Shown: positions 31,501-39,281 of the stretch, in pieces
Position numbering within the stretch: position 1 is the stretch's first letter
How the letters are laid out: the number at the start of each line of letters is the position of its first letter
Assembly: GCA_937960595.1 (NCBI GenBank)
Contig: CALGPL010000038.1
Location: 107 to 64,106 of the forward strand
Reading direction: 5' to 3'
From: an uncultured Anaerolineales bacterium
GTDB lineage: Bacteria > Chloroflexota > Anaerolineae > Anaerolineales > Villigracilaceae
DNA length: 64,000 nt
The notes under the pieces: generated by a model
Seen by the model: the letters and a program-made list of their open reading frames with translations, nothing else
Database searches by the model: none
What the model was told of the DNA's origin: nothing
Position numbers and translations under genes: made by a program

Positions 31501-31928
31501 ATGTCCACCGCGCGCGGCTCGAGCGGGTCGTGATGGTGGACGCGCTCGACCGCCGCCCGCACCAGGCCGCGCGCCTTGATGGTCGCCTGTTCGCGGTTGT
31601 TGATGACCCACGAACATTGCTCGCGGATGTTGGCCATCTGGAAGAAGAACGGATTCAATCCGGCATCGGCGCAGGCCTGGCGGAAAGTCGGCTCGTGCAT
31701 CAGCGGCGAGCAGGAGGCGACCACGACGCGGTTCAGGCCGTATTCTTGGATGTCTTGTTTGATCAACTCCTGGCCGGGGTTGGAACACATGTAGGTGTAG
31801 TCGCGCGCCACCACCACGCCGTCCAGTTCGCGGGCGAAGCGGGCGACGTCGGCCACGTCCACGGTGGCGGCGATGTTCGTGCCGCAGTGACAGACATACA
31901 CGCCGGTCTTGACCTTTGCGCGGTTCAT
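28530..31928 (-). CDS. hdrA: HdrA-like flavoprotein with an inserted GltD/NfnB-like NAD(P)H:FAD module (1132 aa)
   Basis: The HdrA N-terminus is VYVCHCGTNIAATVDV...VVGGGIAGIDASL...MDCAACILTPK. The insertion is APCRSACP...CGRVCNHPCEEAC...VAVIGAGPAGLTAG...VVLGAGDVALD...FAAGD. The HdrA body then resumes with HCVGSRD...YCSRVCCMYSLK and a C-terminal 2x4Fe-4S domain. Confidence 0.88.
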   Translation of the reverse strand: MNRAKVKTGVYVCHCGTNIAATVDVADVARFARELDGVVVARDYTYMCSNPGQELIKQDIQEYGLNRVVVASCSPLMHEPTFRQACADAGLNPFFFQMANIREQCSWVINNREQATIKARGLVRAAVERVHHHDPLEPRAVDMTQSVLVVGGGIAGIDASLRLADAGKQVYLVERDSSIGGHMGQLYKTFPTMDCAACILTPKMVSAGRHPNITLLAYSEVEAVSGYVGNYNVRVRRKARYVKEDVCAGCGQCAEVCPVEVINPFEIGLSKRKAVYRNTPQAVPGAYAIEKRGVAPCRSACPTDQRAEGYIALIHARRYADAYWAIRREHPFPSICGRVCNHPCEEACTRGQVDEPVSIMALKRFVADWAYAHRDELPHMRDKSLVGTPFQHHHPPTGKKVAVIGAGPAGLTAGLDLVRLGHKVTVFDALPVAGGMMRVGIPPHRLPYDRLDWEVQQIVDEGVELRLNTRVDDIPGLFQKGYDAVVVATGAHSAQKLNIPGSDHPDNWLSLDLLRRACLGEPLDLSGREIVVLGAGDVALDSARTAIRLGRPKVKIVCRGMRASFNELHEAEAEGVEIIKNRVFKEIVVKHDKIVGVMCLEAEVGGIVNGQRQVREIPGSEHIIPCDMVIWALGQRPDFSFLPEDGSIAIRYPIGLWANEEMMTTRPGVFAAGDLRRGTTFFVVDAIAEGHRVARCVDRYLNGGEGVPEPVLPPKAELTPAEIEAKFAGGDVSRAGRIPIRTLPPQERENNFREVDQTMTEEEALAEAARCLRCGVCSECLECEAACDRGAIDHNMQDETVELTVGAIILATGFKDFDPARVPELNYGKLDNILTALQFERLINSGGPTQGKVLLKNGKPPKSIAIVHCVGSRDHNYNEYCSRVCCMYSLKLSHMAREYLGVEVHEIYRDIRAFGKGYEEFYKHAAGMGVHFYHGRIQAIEQKGAKLRVRWNEAFHGQPSHVDVDMVVLATGFEPQPDTAKLAALFGVNRSADGFFLERHPKLAPVETVTQGIYLAGACQGPKDIPDSVAQAGAAAAAALSLLDQGAILLDPIVAEVNPLQCAGCGQCAAACPYGAITLQDGLAKVNIFVCKGCGTCAGACPNKAMSIVHFNDRELVAELLGALVDAPLEVA

Positions 31929-33934
31929 CGCAGCGCCTCCTCGAGAATGCCTTCAATTTCGGCCATGATTTGCACTTCGGTAAAGCCGTTCTGGGTGGCT
32001 GCCCCGGCCGGACAGGCTGCCGCGCACGCTCCGCAGCCTTTGCACAGCACCTCGTTGACGTGCGCCACCAGCCGCCCGTTCTCTTGGCGCATTTCGATGG
32101 CGTGATAGGGACACAGCCCCTCGCAAGTGCGACAGCCGCCGCATTTTTCGGTCTGGATGAAGGTGGTGAACGGCTCGAGGAAGACCGAGCCGGCGTCCAT
32201 CAGCGAGAGCGCCGCGGCGGCCGCGGCCGCGCCCTGGGCGACGCTGTCGGGGATGTCCTTCGGCCCCTGGCAGGCGCCCGCCAGGAAGACGCCGTCGGTG
32301 GCCGTCTCGACCGGGGCCAGTTTGGGGTGCCGCTCGAGGAAGAAGCCGTCGGCGCTGCGGCTGACGCCGAACAGGACGCCGACCTGATGCTGGTCGGGCT
32401 GAGGCTCGGCGCCGGTGCTCAGGACAACCATGTCCACGAGCGTCTCGCGCGGTTTGCCGGTGTAGACATCCTCCATCAGGACCGCCAGACGCCCGTCATG
32501 CCTCTCGACGCGGATGCCCTGGTCGAAGCGGTAGAATTCGACGCCGTGCTGCTCGGCGCGTTCGTAGAAGGCCTCGTAGCCTTTGCCGAAGGCGCGCATG
32601 TCGCGGTAGAACTCGACCACCTCGGCCCCGACGTATTCGCGAATCATTTGGGCCAGTTTGAGCGAATACATGCAGCAGATGCGCGAACAGTATTCGTGCG
32701 GCCGGCCCTCGCTGACCGAGTCGCCGCGGCTGCCCACGCAGTGAATGATGGCGATCTTACGCGGCTTGCTGCCATCCTTGAGGCGCACCACGCCGCTGGT
32801 CGGCCCGCCGGTGTTGATGAGGCGCTCCATCTCCAGGCCGGTCAGGACGTTGTCGAGGAGGCCGTAGCCGTACTGGGGGGCGCGGCGCGGGTCGAAGGTC
32901 TCGTAGCCGGTTGCCAGGATGATGGCCCCGACTTCGATTTCCAGATGCTCTTCCTTCTGCTCGAAGTCAATCGCCCCGCGCGGGCAGAATTTCTCGCAGG
33001 CGCGGCATTTGCCGGTCTTGAAGTAGGCGCAGTTTTCGGTGTCTATGACCGGCACGCGCGGGATGGCCTGGGGAAAGGGCGAGTAGATGGCCGCCCGCGT
33101 CCCCAGCCCGAGGTCGAACTCGGAGGGGATTTTCTTCCAGGGGCATTTTTCGGTGCAGGTGCCGCAGCCGTTGCACAAATCCTCGCGCACGTAGCGCGGC
33201 TTGCGGCGCACGGTGACGGTGAAATTGCCCACGTAGCCGGCTACCGCCTCGACCTCGCTGTAGGTCAGCAAGGTAATGTTCGGGTGGTGGCCGACGGAGA
33301 CCATCTTGGGGGTCAGGATGCAGGCGGCGCAGTCCATGGTGGGGAAGGTCTTGAAGAGTTGCGCCATGTGCCCGCCGATGCTGGGCTGGCGTTCGACCAG
33401 ATAGACCTGCTTGCCGGCGTCGGCCAGGCGCAGGGCGGCCTCGATGCCGGTGATGCCGCCGCCGACCACCAGGGCAGCCTGTTTCAGACCCACCGAGCGG
33501 CTCTCCAGTTGGCGGTGATAGGCGACGCGATGGACGGCTGCCCCCACCAGCGACATGGCCTTGCGCGTGGCGGTCGAGCGGTTATCGGCAATCCACGAGC
33601 AATGTTCGCGGATGTTGGCCATCTGGAACAGGAAGGGATTCAAGCCGGCGTCGGCGCAGGCCTGGCGAAAGGTCGGCTCGTGCATCAGGGGCGAGCAGGA
33701 GGCGACGACGACGCGGTTCAGTCCCTCGCGCCGGATGTCTTCCTTGATGAGCGTCTGACCGGGGTCAGAACACATGTAGGTATAGTGGCGCGCCACGGCG
33801 ACATGCGGAAGCGTGCGGGCGTATTCGGTCACCGCTTCCACGTCCACGGTTGCGGCGATGTTGGTGCCGCAGTGACAAACGTAAACGCCCACGCGCGGCG
33901 ATTCCGGCGCAGGCGTCGGGCTATCGGGTTTCAT
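31925..33934 (-). CDS. hdrA: HdrA-like flavoprotein (canonical length, 669 aa)
   Basis: VYVCHCGTNIAATVDV...VVGGGITGIEAAL...MDCAACILTPK...HCVGSRG...YCSRICCMYSLK...CGGCRTCEGLCP...CKGCGACAAACP. The start is at MKPDSP (cat 33932-33934) with a GGAAGAGGG SD. Confidence 0.9.
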   Translation of the reverse strand: MKPDSPTPAPESPRVGVYVCHCGTNIAATVDVEAVTEYARTLPHVAVARHYTYMCSDPGQTLIKEDIRREGLNRVVVASCSPLMHEPTFRQACADAGLNPFLFQMANIREHCSWIADNRSTATRKAMSLVGAAVHRVAYHRQLESRSVGLKQAALVVGGGITGIEAALRLADAGKQVYLVERQPSIGGHMAQLFKTFPTMDCAACILTPKMVSVGHHPNITLLTYSEVEAVAGYVGNFTVTVRRKPRYVREDLCNGCGTCTEKCPWKKIPSEFDLGLGTRAAIYSPFPQAIPRVPVIDTENCAYFKTGKCRACEKFCPRGAIDFEQKEEHLEIEVGAIILATGYETFDPRRAPQYGYGLLDNVLTGLEMERLINTGGPTSGVVRLKDGSKPRKIAIIHCVGSRGDSVSEGRPHEYCSRICCMYSLKLAQMIREYVGAEVVEFYRDMRAFGKGYEAFYERAEQHGVEFYRFDQGIRVERHDGRLAVLMEDVYTGKPRETLVDMVVLSTGAEPQPDQHQVGVLFGVSRSADGFFLERHPKLAPVETATDGVFLAGACQGPKDIPDSVAQGAAAAAAALSLMDAGSVFLEPFTTFIQTEKCGGCRTCEGLCPYHAIEMRQENGRLVAHVNEVLCKGCGACAAACPAGAATQNGFTEVQIMAEIEGILEEALR

Positions 33935-34082
33935 ACGAACACCCTCTTCCTGGTGAGCACGAAAGTAATCCACACCTCGGCCACCTCCTTGGCGATGTTT
34001 GGTTACTTTACATTGTTGGTGTTTCCGAGGAGAGAAATCAAGTGATATTTGTCACAAAAAATAGGGAGAATCTGTAAGAACA

Positions 34083-34108
34083 CCCCCGTTCCTTTTCAGG
34101 GAACGGGT
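34083..34108 (-). terminator. Hairpin downstream of the metalloprotease gene
   Basis: cccccgttcc-ttttca-gggaacggg. The U-tract is weak. Confidence 0.4.
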
Positions 34109-34128
34109 GCTCGAAGAATCATGGAACT

Positions 34129-36024
34129 TCAAGGGGCCAGGATACTGAATTGGTACTCGGCCGGCTGGGTGGTGTAACGGGTGGTGCCGATCACGACCAG
34201 GACGGCTTTCTCGCCCTGAGCCAACTGAAGCGGAATCTGGGCGCGCTGGTCAGCGTCGAGCGGGATCGGCCGAACGGAGACGCCGGCTGCGGTTTGGGTG
34301 ATGAGGGCCAGTTTGTAGGTTTGCGGCAGGATCGTCTGGACGCGGGCGAATCCGGCCGCCTGCCAGCAGTCGTTGCCGGATTCGAAGTCGGTTTGATAAC
34401 CGATTTCGGGGATGGAGAGGTCGTCGAGCAAGAAGCCGGCACCGTTAATGGAGCCGTCGGTGATGTAATCGAAGCGCACCTGCGTCACCTGACCGGCGAA
34501 AGCCGAGAGATCAACGTTATAGGACTGCCAGGCAGTCGCTCTGCCGGTGTAGGAAGCGTCCACCCTGCCCAGCAGGTTGGTCCAGATGGGGCCGCCCGCC
34601 CAGGCGCTCAGGTAGACGTTGTCATAATTCGTTTCGATGTCGTACCAGGCCCAGAAGGTGAGCGTGAGCGGAGCGGGACGGTTGGTGAAATCGAAGGTGC
34701 AAGTGAGGCTGGCATCTGAATTGATGCCGCGGTTCGACCACATGAGGTAGTCGCCCGAGTGCGGCTGGACGGGCAAGAGGGGAGCGGTCGTATTGCCCTG
34801 AAACTGGAGAGTGTAATTGCCGGGGCAAGTGACGCCGATGTAGTCGATGCCGTATTGGCTGACCTGACGCTGGTTTCCCGGACTCGGGCAGGTGGTGACC
34901 GTTTCGGTGTCGCGCGTCTGGACGAAGACCGGGTAGGTGTCGAGAGCATAGCGCCCGTCGGCGATGGAGACATCCTGCAGATACATGGCGAGGGCGAAAT
35001 CGAGGAAGAAGTCGTTGGCGCCGATCGGCTGACCGGTGAGCGGGTCGGTGATTCCCAGGTCGGCCAGCGTCGCGTCTATGGATTGCAATCCGTTGCGGGG
35101 GTCGGCGATCAGGGCGCGGGTGACGTCCTCGCCGAAGCGGTCGAGGAAGTAGATCATCATCAGGGCGCCCGAACCATAATAGGGAGAGGTGTCGTCGTCC
35201 TCAGGCCAGACGGTGGTGGGATAGTCGGGGTTGGCGGCGAAGATGGCGTCGAAGCCGCCCAGGTCGTAGCCAAAACGATAGGCGGCCAGTTCGGAGAGCC
35301 CTTCCTCCAGCCAGGCCTCCTCGTTGCGATCCATCTGGTAATGGATGACGTGCTGGAATTCATGGGCCAGGACTCCGTAGGTGTAATCGCTGTTCAGGGG
35401 GCAGGAGTCTGCGCCCAGGAAGATGATTTCGTGGGCGTCGGAATATTCCTCCAAGATGGGATTCAGTTCGGCGTAGGGGGCAAAAGAGCCGGAGTTGGAT
35501 TCCTGGCGGGTGTAGACGATGTAAATGTGGGGATCGCCGTCCACGCCGGGAGTCCACTCGCTGCCGAACAGGGCGCGCGTTTGGGGGTAGATGAGGGTCT
35601 CGAACGTGAGGGCCAGCGTTTCGAGATCGGCAGGAGCGTAACCGAGGCCGGATTCGATCCAGAAATAGGCATGGTCGGTGATATAGCGCAGATGAGCCAG
35701 AGTTTCCCGGTCGGTGTTGACCCAGAACCAATCCTGGTCGCCGATCTGAAGCGGACGGTCGGGCCCCGGCAGGGTTTGGGGGATGATCCTGCCTTCCATG
35801 CGCAATTTGAATTCATACGGGTCATAGACCGGCAGGACGGCCTCCTGCAGGGCGAGCAGGGTGTCGTCGGACGGGGCCGGTGGCAGAGGGGTGGCCGTCG
35901 GCGGCAGCGGGGTGGGAGGGACGGGCGTGGAGGTCCAGTCAATCGTCACCGTGCAGGCCAGCAGGGGCAGGAGAAAAACGAGCAGGGCAAGAGGTCGGCG
36001 CGTCAGCGAGGAGTTTGGGCTCAT
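34129..36024 (-). CDS. Secreted lipoprotein, HExxH zinc metalloprotease (gluzincin-like) with a C-terminal beta-rich domain
   Basis: The lipobox is LLPLLAC. GVLAHEFQHVIHYQMDRNEEAWLEEGLSE provides HExxH plus a downstream Glu. Confidence 0.7.
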   Translation of the reverse strand: MSPNSSLTRRPLALLVFLLPLLACTVTIDWTSTPVPPTPLPPTATPLPPAPSDDTLLALQEAVLPVYDPYEFKLRMEGRIIPQTLPGPDRPLQIGDQDWFWVNTDRETLAHLRYITDHAYFWIESGLGYAPADLETLALTFETLIYPQTRALFGSEWTPGVDGDPHIYIVYTRQESNSGSFAPYAELNPILEEYSDAHEIIFLGADSCPLNSDYTYGVLAHEFQHVIHYQMDRNEEAWLEEGLSELAAYRFGYDLGGFDAIFAANPDYPTTVWPEDDDTSPYYGSGALMMIYFLDRFGEDVTRALIADPRNGLQSIDATLADLGITDPLTGQPIGANDFFLDFALAMYLQDVSIADGRYALDTYPVFVQTRDTETVTTCPSPGNQRQVSQYGIDYIGVTCPGNYTLQFQGNTTAPLLPVQPHSGDYLMWSNRGINSDASLTCTFDFTNRPAPLTLTFWAWYDIETNYDNVYLSAWAGGPIWTNLLGRVDASYTGRATAWQSYNVDLSAFAGQVTQVRFDYITDGSINGAGFLLDDLSIPEIGYQTDFESGNDCWQAAGFARVQTILPQTYKLALITQTAAGVSVRPIPLDADQRAQIPLQLAQGEKAVLVVIGTTRYTTQPAEYQFSILAP

Positions 36025-36185
36025 ATCTGAATTCCTTATTGACGAATTTTACCCTGAAATGTAGAAAAATTCCCGTTTTGGAACAAAATCAAAGAATGCA
36101 ATCCCGTCGCGGACTGCATTCTTTGATCTTTCTGCAAGAGAAGGATGTCTTTAAGTCGCGAGGCTTATCGTCTCATTGGGTCTCC

Positions 36186-38705
36186 TCAACGAGAGACACA
36201 CTGGCTGCCTGTCCAGTTGCACTGGTCTTTATGAGCGATGCAGGCGAAATAGTCGTACGCGGCGCATGGATCGGTCGGAGGGGTCACCGGCTCCGGCTCG
36301 GGCGGCGGTTCGGTGCTGCAGGATGGAATGGAAGCAATCCAGGCGGGGAAGTCGTCGAAGGATTGGCAGATCAAGCCGCCTCCATCGGGCTGGAGACACA
36401 ATTCGGCCCGGCCCGGATCGCTCCGCCGCGGGCCGGTGCAGTAAAGCCGGCCGGGGATCGTCGGGTGGACGCTGCATGAGTAAGAACCGATCTCGTCGCT
36501 GGCGGCATAGGTGTAGGCTGCTCCCGGCACCAGCCATGATAAGTCGGTGTCCACAATGAAATAAATGTTGACGTCATCGTGGCAACCCACAGCCACAATG
36601 CGCCAGGAGGCCCCTTCTTCTCCGGGCGGCGTTCCACACAGACTGACGTCGACCGTGCTATGCATTTCGGAGCCGTCTTCCAGGTACGCATCGAAGGTCA
36701 GCAAGGTCCCCGGATCGCCCGGCAAGCCCATGCACATGTAGTCGCAAGGCCCTACCTCTCTACAGGTGAGAGGCGTACCAGAAGCCTCGGCAAATACCAA
36801 GGCCGATTCGCATGGCTCATAGCGCAATTCGGCAGAAGGTTCATAAACAGGAAAACACACCCCCTCTAGGCTGAAACGCAACTCGGGCCTGTCGGGGCAG
36901 TCCATAATCGTGACCGGCCAGTCGCTGCAAGACCCGCCGCCGAGACAGACGGTGACGGTGACCGTACTCCCCGGCGTGTCGGGTATCTCGCAGAGATAGG
37001 AGACGGGGCTCATCTCCAGACAAGAGAGCGGAGCGCCGGCTATCGAGACGCTCTCCAGCGTGCTGCCCGGCAGCGTGTCGATAATCACGATCGGGTAAGA
37101 GGCCGGGAACACATCCCAACAGCCGGCGAACACCGCTAAGGGAGTGTCGGAGACGGGACAGTCATCTGGCACGGCGGCGACCGTCCACCAGGCGTAACTC
37201 GTGCCGCTGTCATCATGCCCTTGCATCTCGAACGAATACAATGCGCCAGGAGCGCGGCCCGGCAGAACGCAAAGCAGCGTCGAAGGAGAAGTCTGCGTGC
37301 AAGCCGCGTCGGTGTACAACATTCCGTCCAGGTATTGCACCCGTTCCCAGAGAATCGGCGGCGTTGAAGTAAAGGTCACCAAGACCGTCCCATCCACGTC
37401 GGACGGGCAACTCACCTCCACCCTGACGTCGGGCGGCCAGGCGCCAGCCGGGCAATCATGAGGCACCGGCGGGTGCCCGACCCCAAATGTGCTGCCCGGT
37501 TCGGTATAGACTTCCACATCGTAGAATGCCAGCAGGTCATTATCCGGCGGAATCGGCCCGTTGCATTGCAGACCGCGCAGGGCTTCATCGTAATAGCAGT
37601 CGAAGACCGTGCCGTTGACCTCAACCAGGAAAGTAGAAAGGCCTTCTGAACTATCCGCGCCGATGAAGAGGTACATGATCCCGGCCGGATCGGGACAGGA
37701 AACCAGAATCGGCCCAAACGAGGCCCAGGTTGTCCCCCGCGGCTCCTCCACCCGCTCTCCCCCCTCGTCCAAGCCGCTCGGCGGGACCCATTCGTGGTAG
37801 TCGGGCGGCGGGTAATATCCGTGCGGCAACGCTTCTCCCCCGGCCACGCAGCGGAAGCCAACATCATCATAGCCGCGGTGAGGATTGGCGCCCAGGCGGG
37901 TTGCGGCGCGCATTTGAACCGCCTCGGAGTACAGACCGCCGCCGCGCACCACTTTCAGATCGCCATAGTAAGGTCCCAGGGGGTTGATGGTCGGCGAGAG
38001 ATTATAGTAATCTTCGTCATACCAATCGTTCACCCATTCCCAAACGTTGCCGGCCATATCCCAGACGCCGTAAGGGCTGTTGCCCAAAGCATACGAGCCA
38101 ACCTGGACGGTATCGGCCGGCATCTGACAGCCGAACATGTTGACGCGGTTACAGGCCGGTTCGTCGCTCCCCCAGGGGTAGGGCCAACTCTCGGTCCCGC
38201 GCGCTGCCAGTTCCCACTCGGCCTCGCTCGGCAAGCGCCCGCCTGCCCAGAGGCAGTAATCATGCGCCATCAGCCAGTCCACGCCAGCCACAGGGTGATC
38301 GGCATAGGCAGGGTCGTCGTAGTGGGAGGTGGGGCCGCTCGGCAGGATGCGAATCGGAAGACAGGCGCCGGCATCTACACAGCGGGCATACATTTCACTG
38401 GTAACTTCATGGGTGTAGATGTAGAAACCGTTCAGCGCCACTTGATGACGAGGCGACTCATCGGCATCGGCCTGCGTGTCGGCCGGGTCGCTGCCCATCC
38501 AGAATCGACCGCCGGGAATGAGAATGGTCTCCGCCCCATCGGTGTTCGTCGGGCCGCTCGGAACGGTGGGCGTAAAATCATCGGCCATTCCTTCGGCAGT
38601 TCCTGTTCCTCTGCCGGTCCCCCCCGGCCAGTTGCAAGAGGCAAGCAACAAGATGAGGAGGAACAATACTGTGCTCCCAAACAGGAAGTACTTAGATTTG
38701 CACAT
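36186..38705 (-). CDS. Lipoprotein with an FGE-sulfatase (SUMF1/EgtB/PvdO-type) domain followed by five tandem Cys-patterned modules
   Basis: The lipobox is LLLLASC. The FGE-type domain reads IPGGRFWMGS...ESPRHQV.L..FYIY.HEVT...Y..C...G.C...HPV.GVDW..A..YC.WAGGRLPSEAEWE.AARG...YPWG...GV.DMAGNVWEWV.D.Y...Y...P..NP.GP..G...V.RGG. The repeats occupy ORF residues 357-820. Confidence 0.85.
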   Translation of the reverse strand: MCKSKYFLFGSTVLFLLILLLASCNWPGGTGRGTGTAEGMADDFTPTVPSGPTNTDGAETILIPGGRFWMGSDPADTQADADESPRHQVALNGFYIYTHEVTSEMYARCVDAGACLPIRILPSGPTSHYDDPAYADHPVAGVDWLMAHDYCLWAGGRLPSEAEWELAARGTESWPYPWGSDEPACNRVNMFGCQMPADTVQVGSYALGNSPYGVWDMAGNVWEWVNDWYDEDYYNLSPTINPLGPYYGDLKVVRGGGLYSEAVQMRAATRLGANPHRGYDDVGFRCVAGGEALPHGYYPPPDYHEWVPPSGLDEGGERVEEPRGTTWASFGPILVSCPDPAGIMYLFIGADSSEGLSTFLVEVNGTVFDCYYDEALRGLQCNGPIPPDNDLLAFYDVEVYTEPGSTFGVGHPPVPHDCPAGAWPPDVRVEVSCPSDVDGTVLVTFTSTPPILWERVQYLDGMLYTDAACTQTSPSTLLCVLPGRAPGALYSFEMQGHDDSGTSYAWWTVAAVPDDCPVSDTPLAVFAGCWDVFPASYPIVIIDTLPGSTLESVSIAGAPLSCLEMSPVSYLCEIPDTPGSTVTVTVCLGGGSCSDWPVTIMDCPDRPELRFSLEGVCFPVYEPSAELRYEPCESALVFAEASGTPLTCREVGPCDYMCMGLPGDPGTLLTFDAYLEDGSEMHSTVDVSLCGTPPGEEGASWRIVAVGCHDDVNIYFIVDTDLSWLVPGAAYTYAASDEIGSYSCSVHPTIPGRLYCTGPRRSDPGRAELCLQPDGGGLICQSFDDFPAWIASIPSCSTEPPPEPEPVTPPTDPCAAYDYFACIAHKDQCNWTGSQCVSR

Positions 38706-39099
38706 TTCACCCTCCCTTAGAGAGAAAAGAACCATTGACTTGATCGTTTTCTCGGCCTTACCTGCCGCGGGATTCAATCCCCGTCTCAGGGCTTGGCAGC
38801 CTGCTCAAAGGGCTGAGAGATGCATTGAGCCGCCTTCACCCTTCGGGTATAGGCAGGCGGCTTCTACGATCTCAGTCGGGGGGATGGAGCCCCCGCTGTT
38901 GGTTCAAAAGTGTCAGGGGCTAGAAAAGTATGATCCTTTTGCATTATATATCCTTACAGAATTGTAAAGCGTCCCCAATTTTTCCTAATTCTTCAAGGAG
39001 AGCATCGTCTATGCCGGCGCGTTCCAACTGCAGCCCGGCAGGAGCAGGAAAAGGGCAAAGAAGGCAGAATGGACACGTTTCACGCCGGGGAGGCAAATG

Positions 39100-39130
39100 G
39101 ACAGGACGGCAGCCCGGCTGCCGTCCTGTC
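39100..39130. terminator. Perfect 14-bp hairpin distal to clpC
   Basis: gacaggacggcagc-ccg-gctgccgtcctgtc. No strong U-tract follows on either strand. Confidence 0.4.
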
Positions 39131-39153
39131 ACAAGGGCGATGTTTGGTGATTT

Positions 39154-39276
39154 GACTTTATTCGCAATCATCTTCACCGCCAAGACGCCAAGCAGATTTG
39201 GAAGTCGCCAAGGGCTTTTCTTGGCGACTTCAGGAAGATTCTTGGCGTTCTCCGCGTCTTGGCGGTTATTACGGAT
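39154..39276 (+). repeat. Family A dispersed element, copy 3 (more diverged)
   Basis: gactttattcgcaatcatcttcaccgccaagacgccaag...gtcgccaagggc...cttggcgttctccgcgtcttggcggttattacggatagagtctatt. It abuts the clpC stop codon. Confidence 0.75.
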
Positions 39277-39281
39277 AGAGT

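Noticed and set aside
38827-38863. Whether the 35-nt hairpin gagccgcct...aggcggcttc is a group II intron domain V.
   Set aside because: It has an AGC-containing 8-bp lower helix. However, the upper part has a UUCG-type loop with a 6-7-nt asymmetric bulge instead of the 2-nt bulge and GNRA loop. No intron-encoded reverse transcriptase or other intron domains are nearby.
38813-38875. Whether this is a TPP riboswitch (because of a CUGAGA word) or a cobalamin riboswitch (because of cccgctgtt resembling a B12 box), in the leader upstream of the FGE-lipoprotein gene.
   Set aside because: The other invariant parts are absent from either strand or in the wrong order. For TPP these are ACCC...CCUGAUCUGGAUAAUGCCAGCG. 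For cobalamin they are GCCACUG with the GGUG..AA..CC and AGUCAGGA.ACCUGCC elements. The region is kept only as an unclassified structured element.
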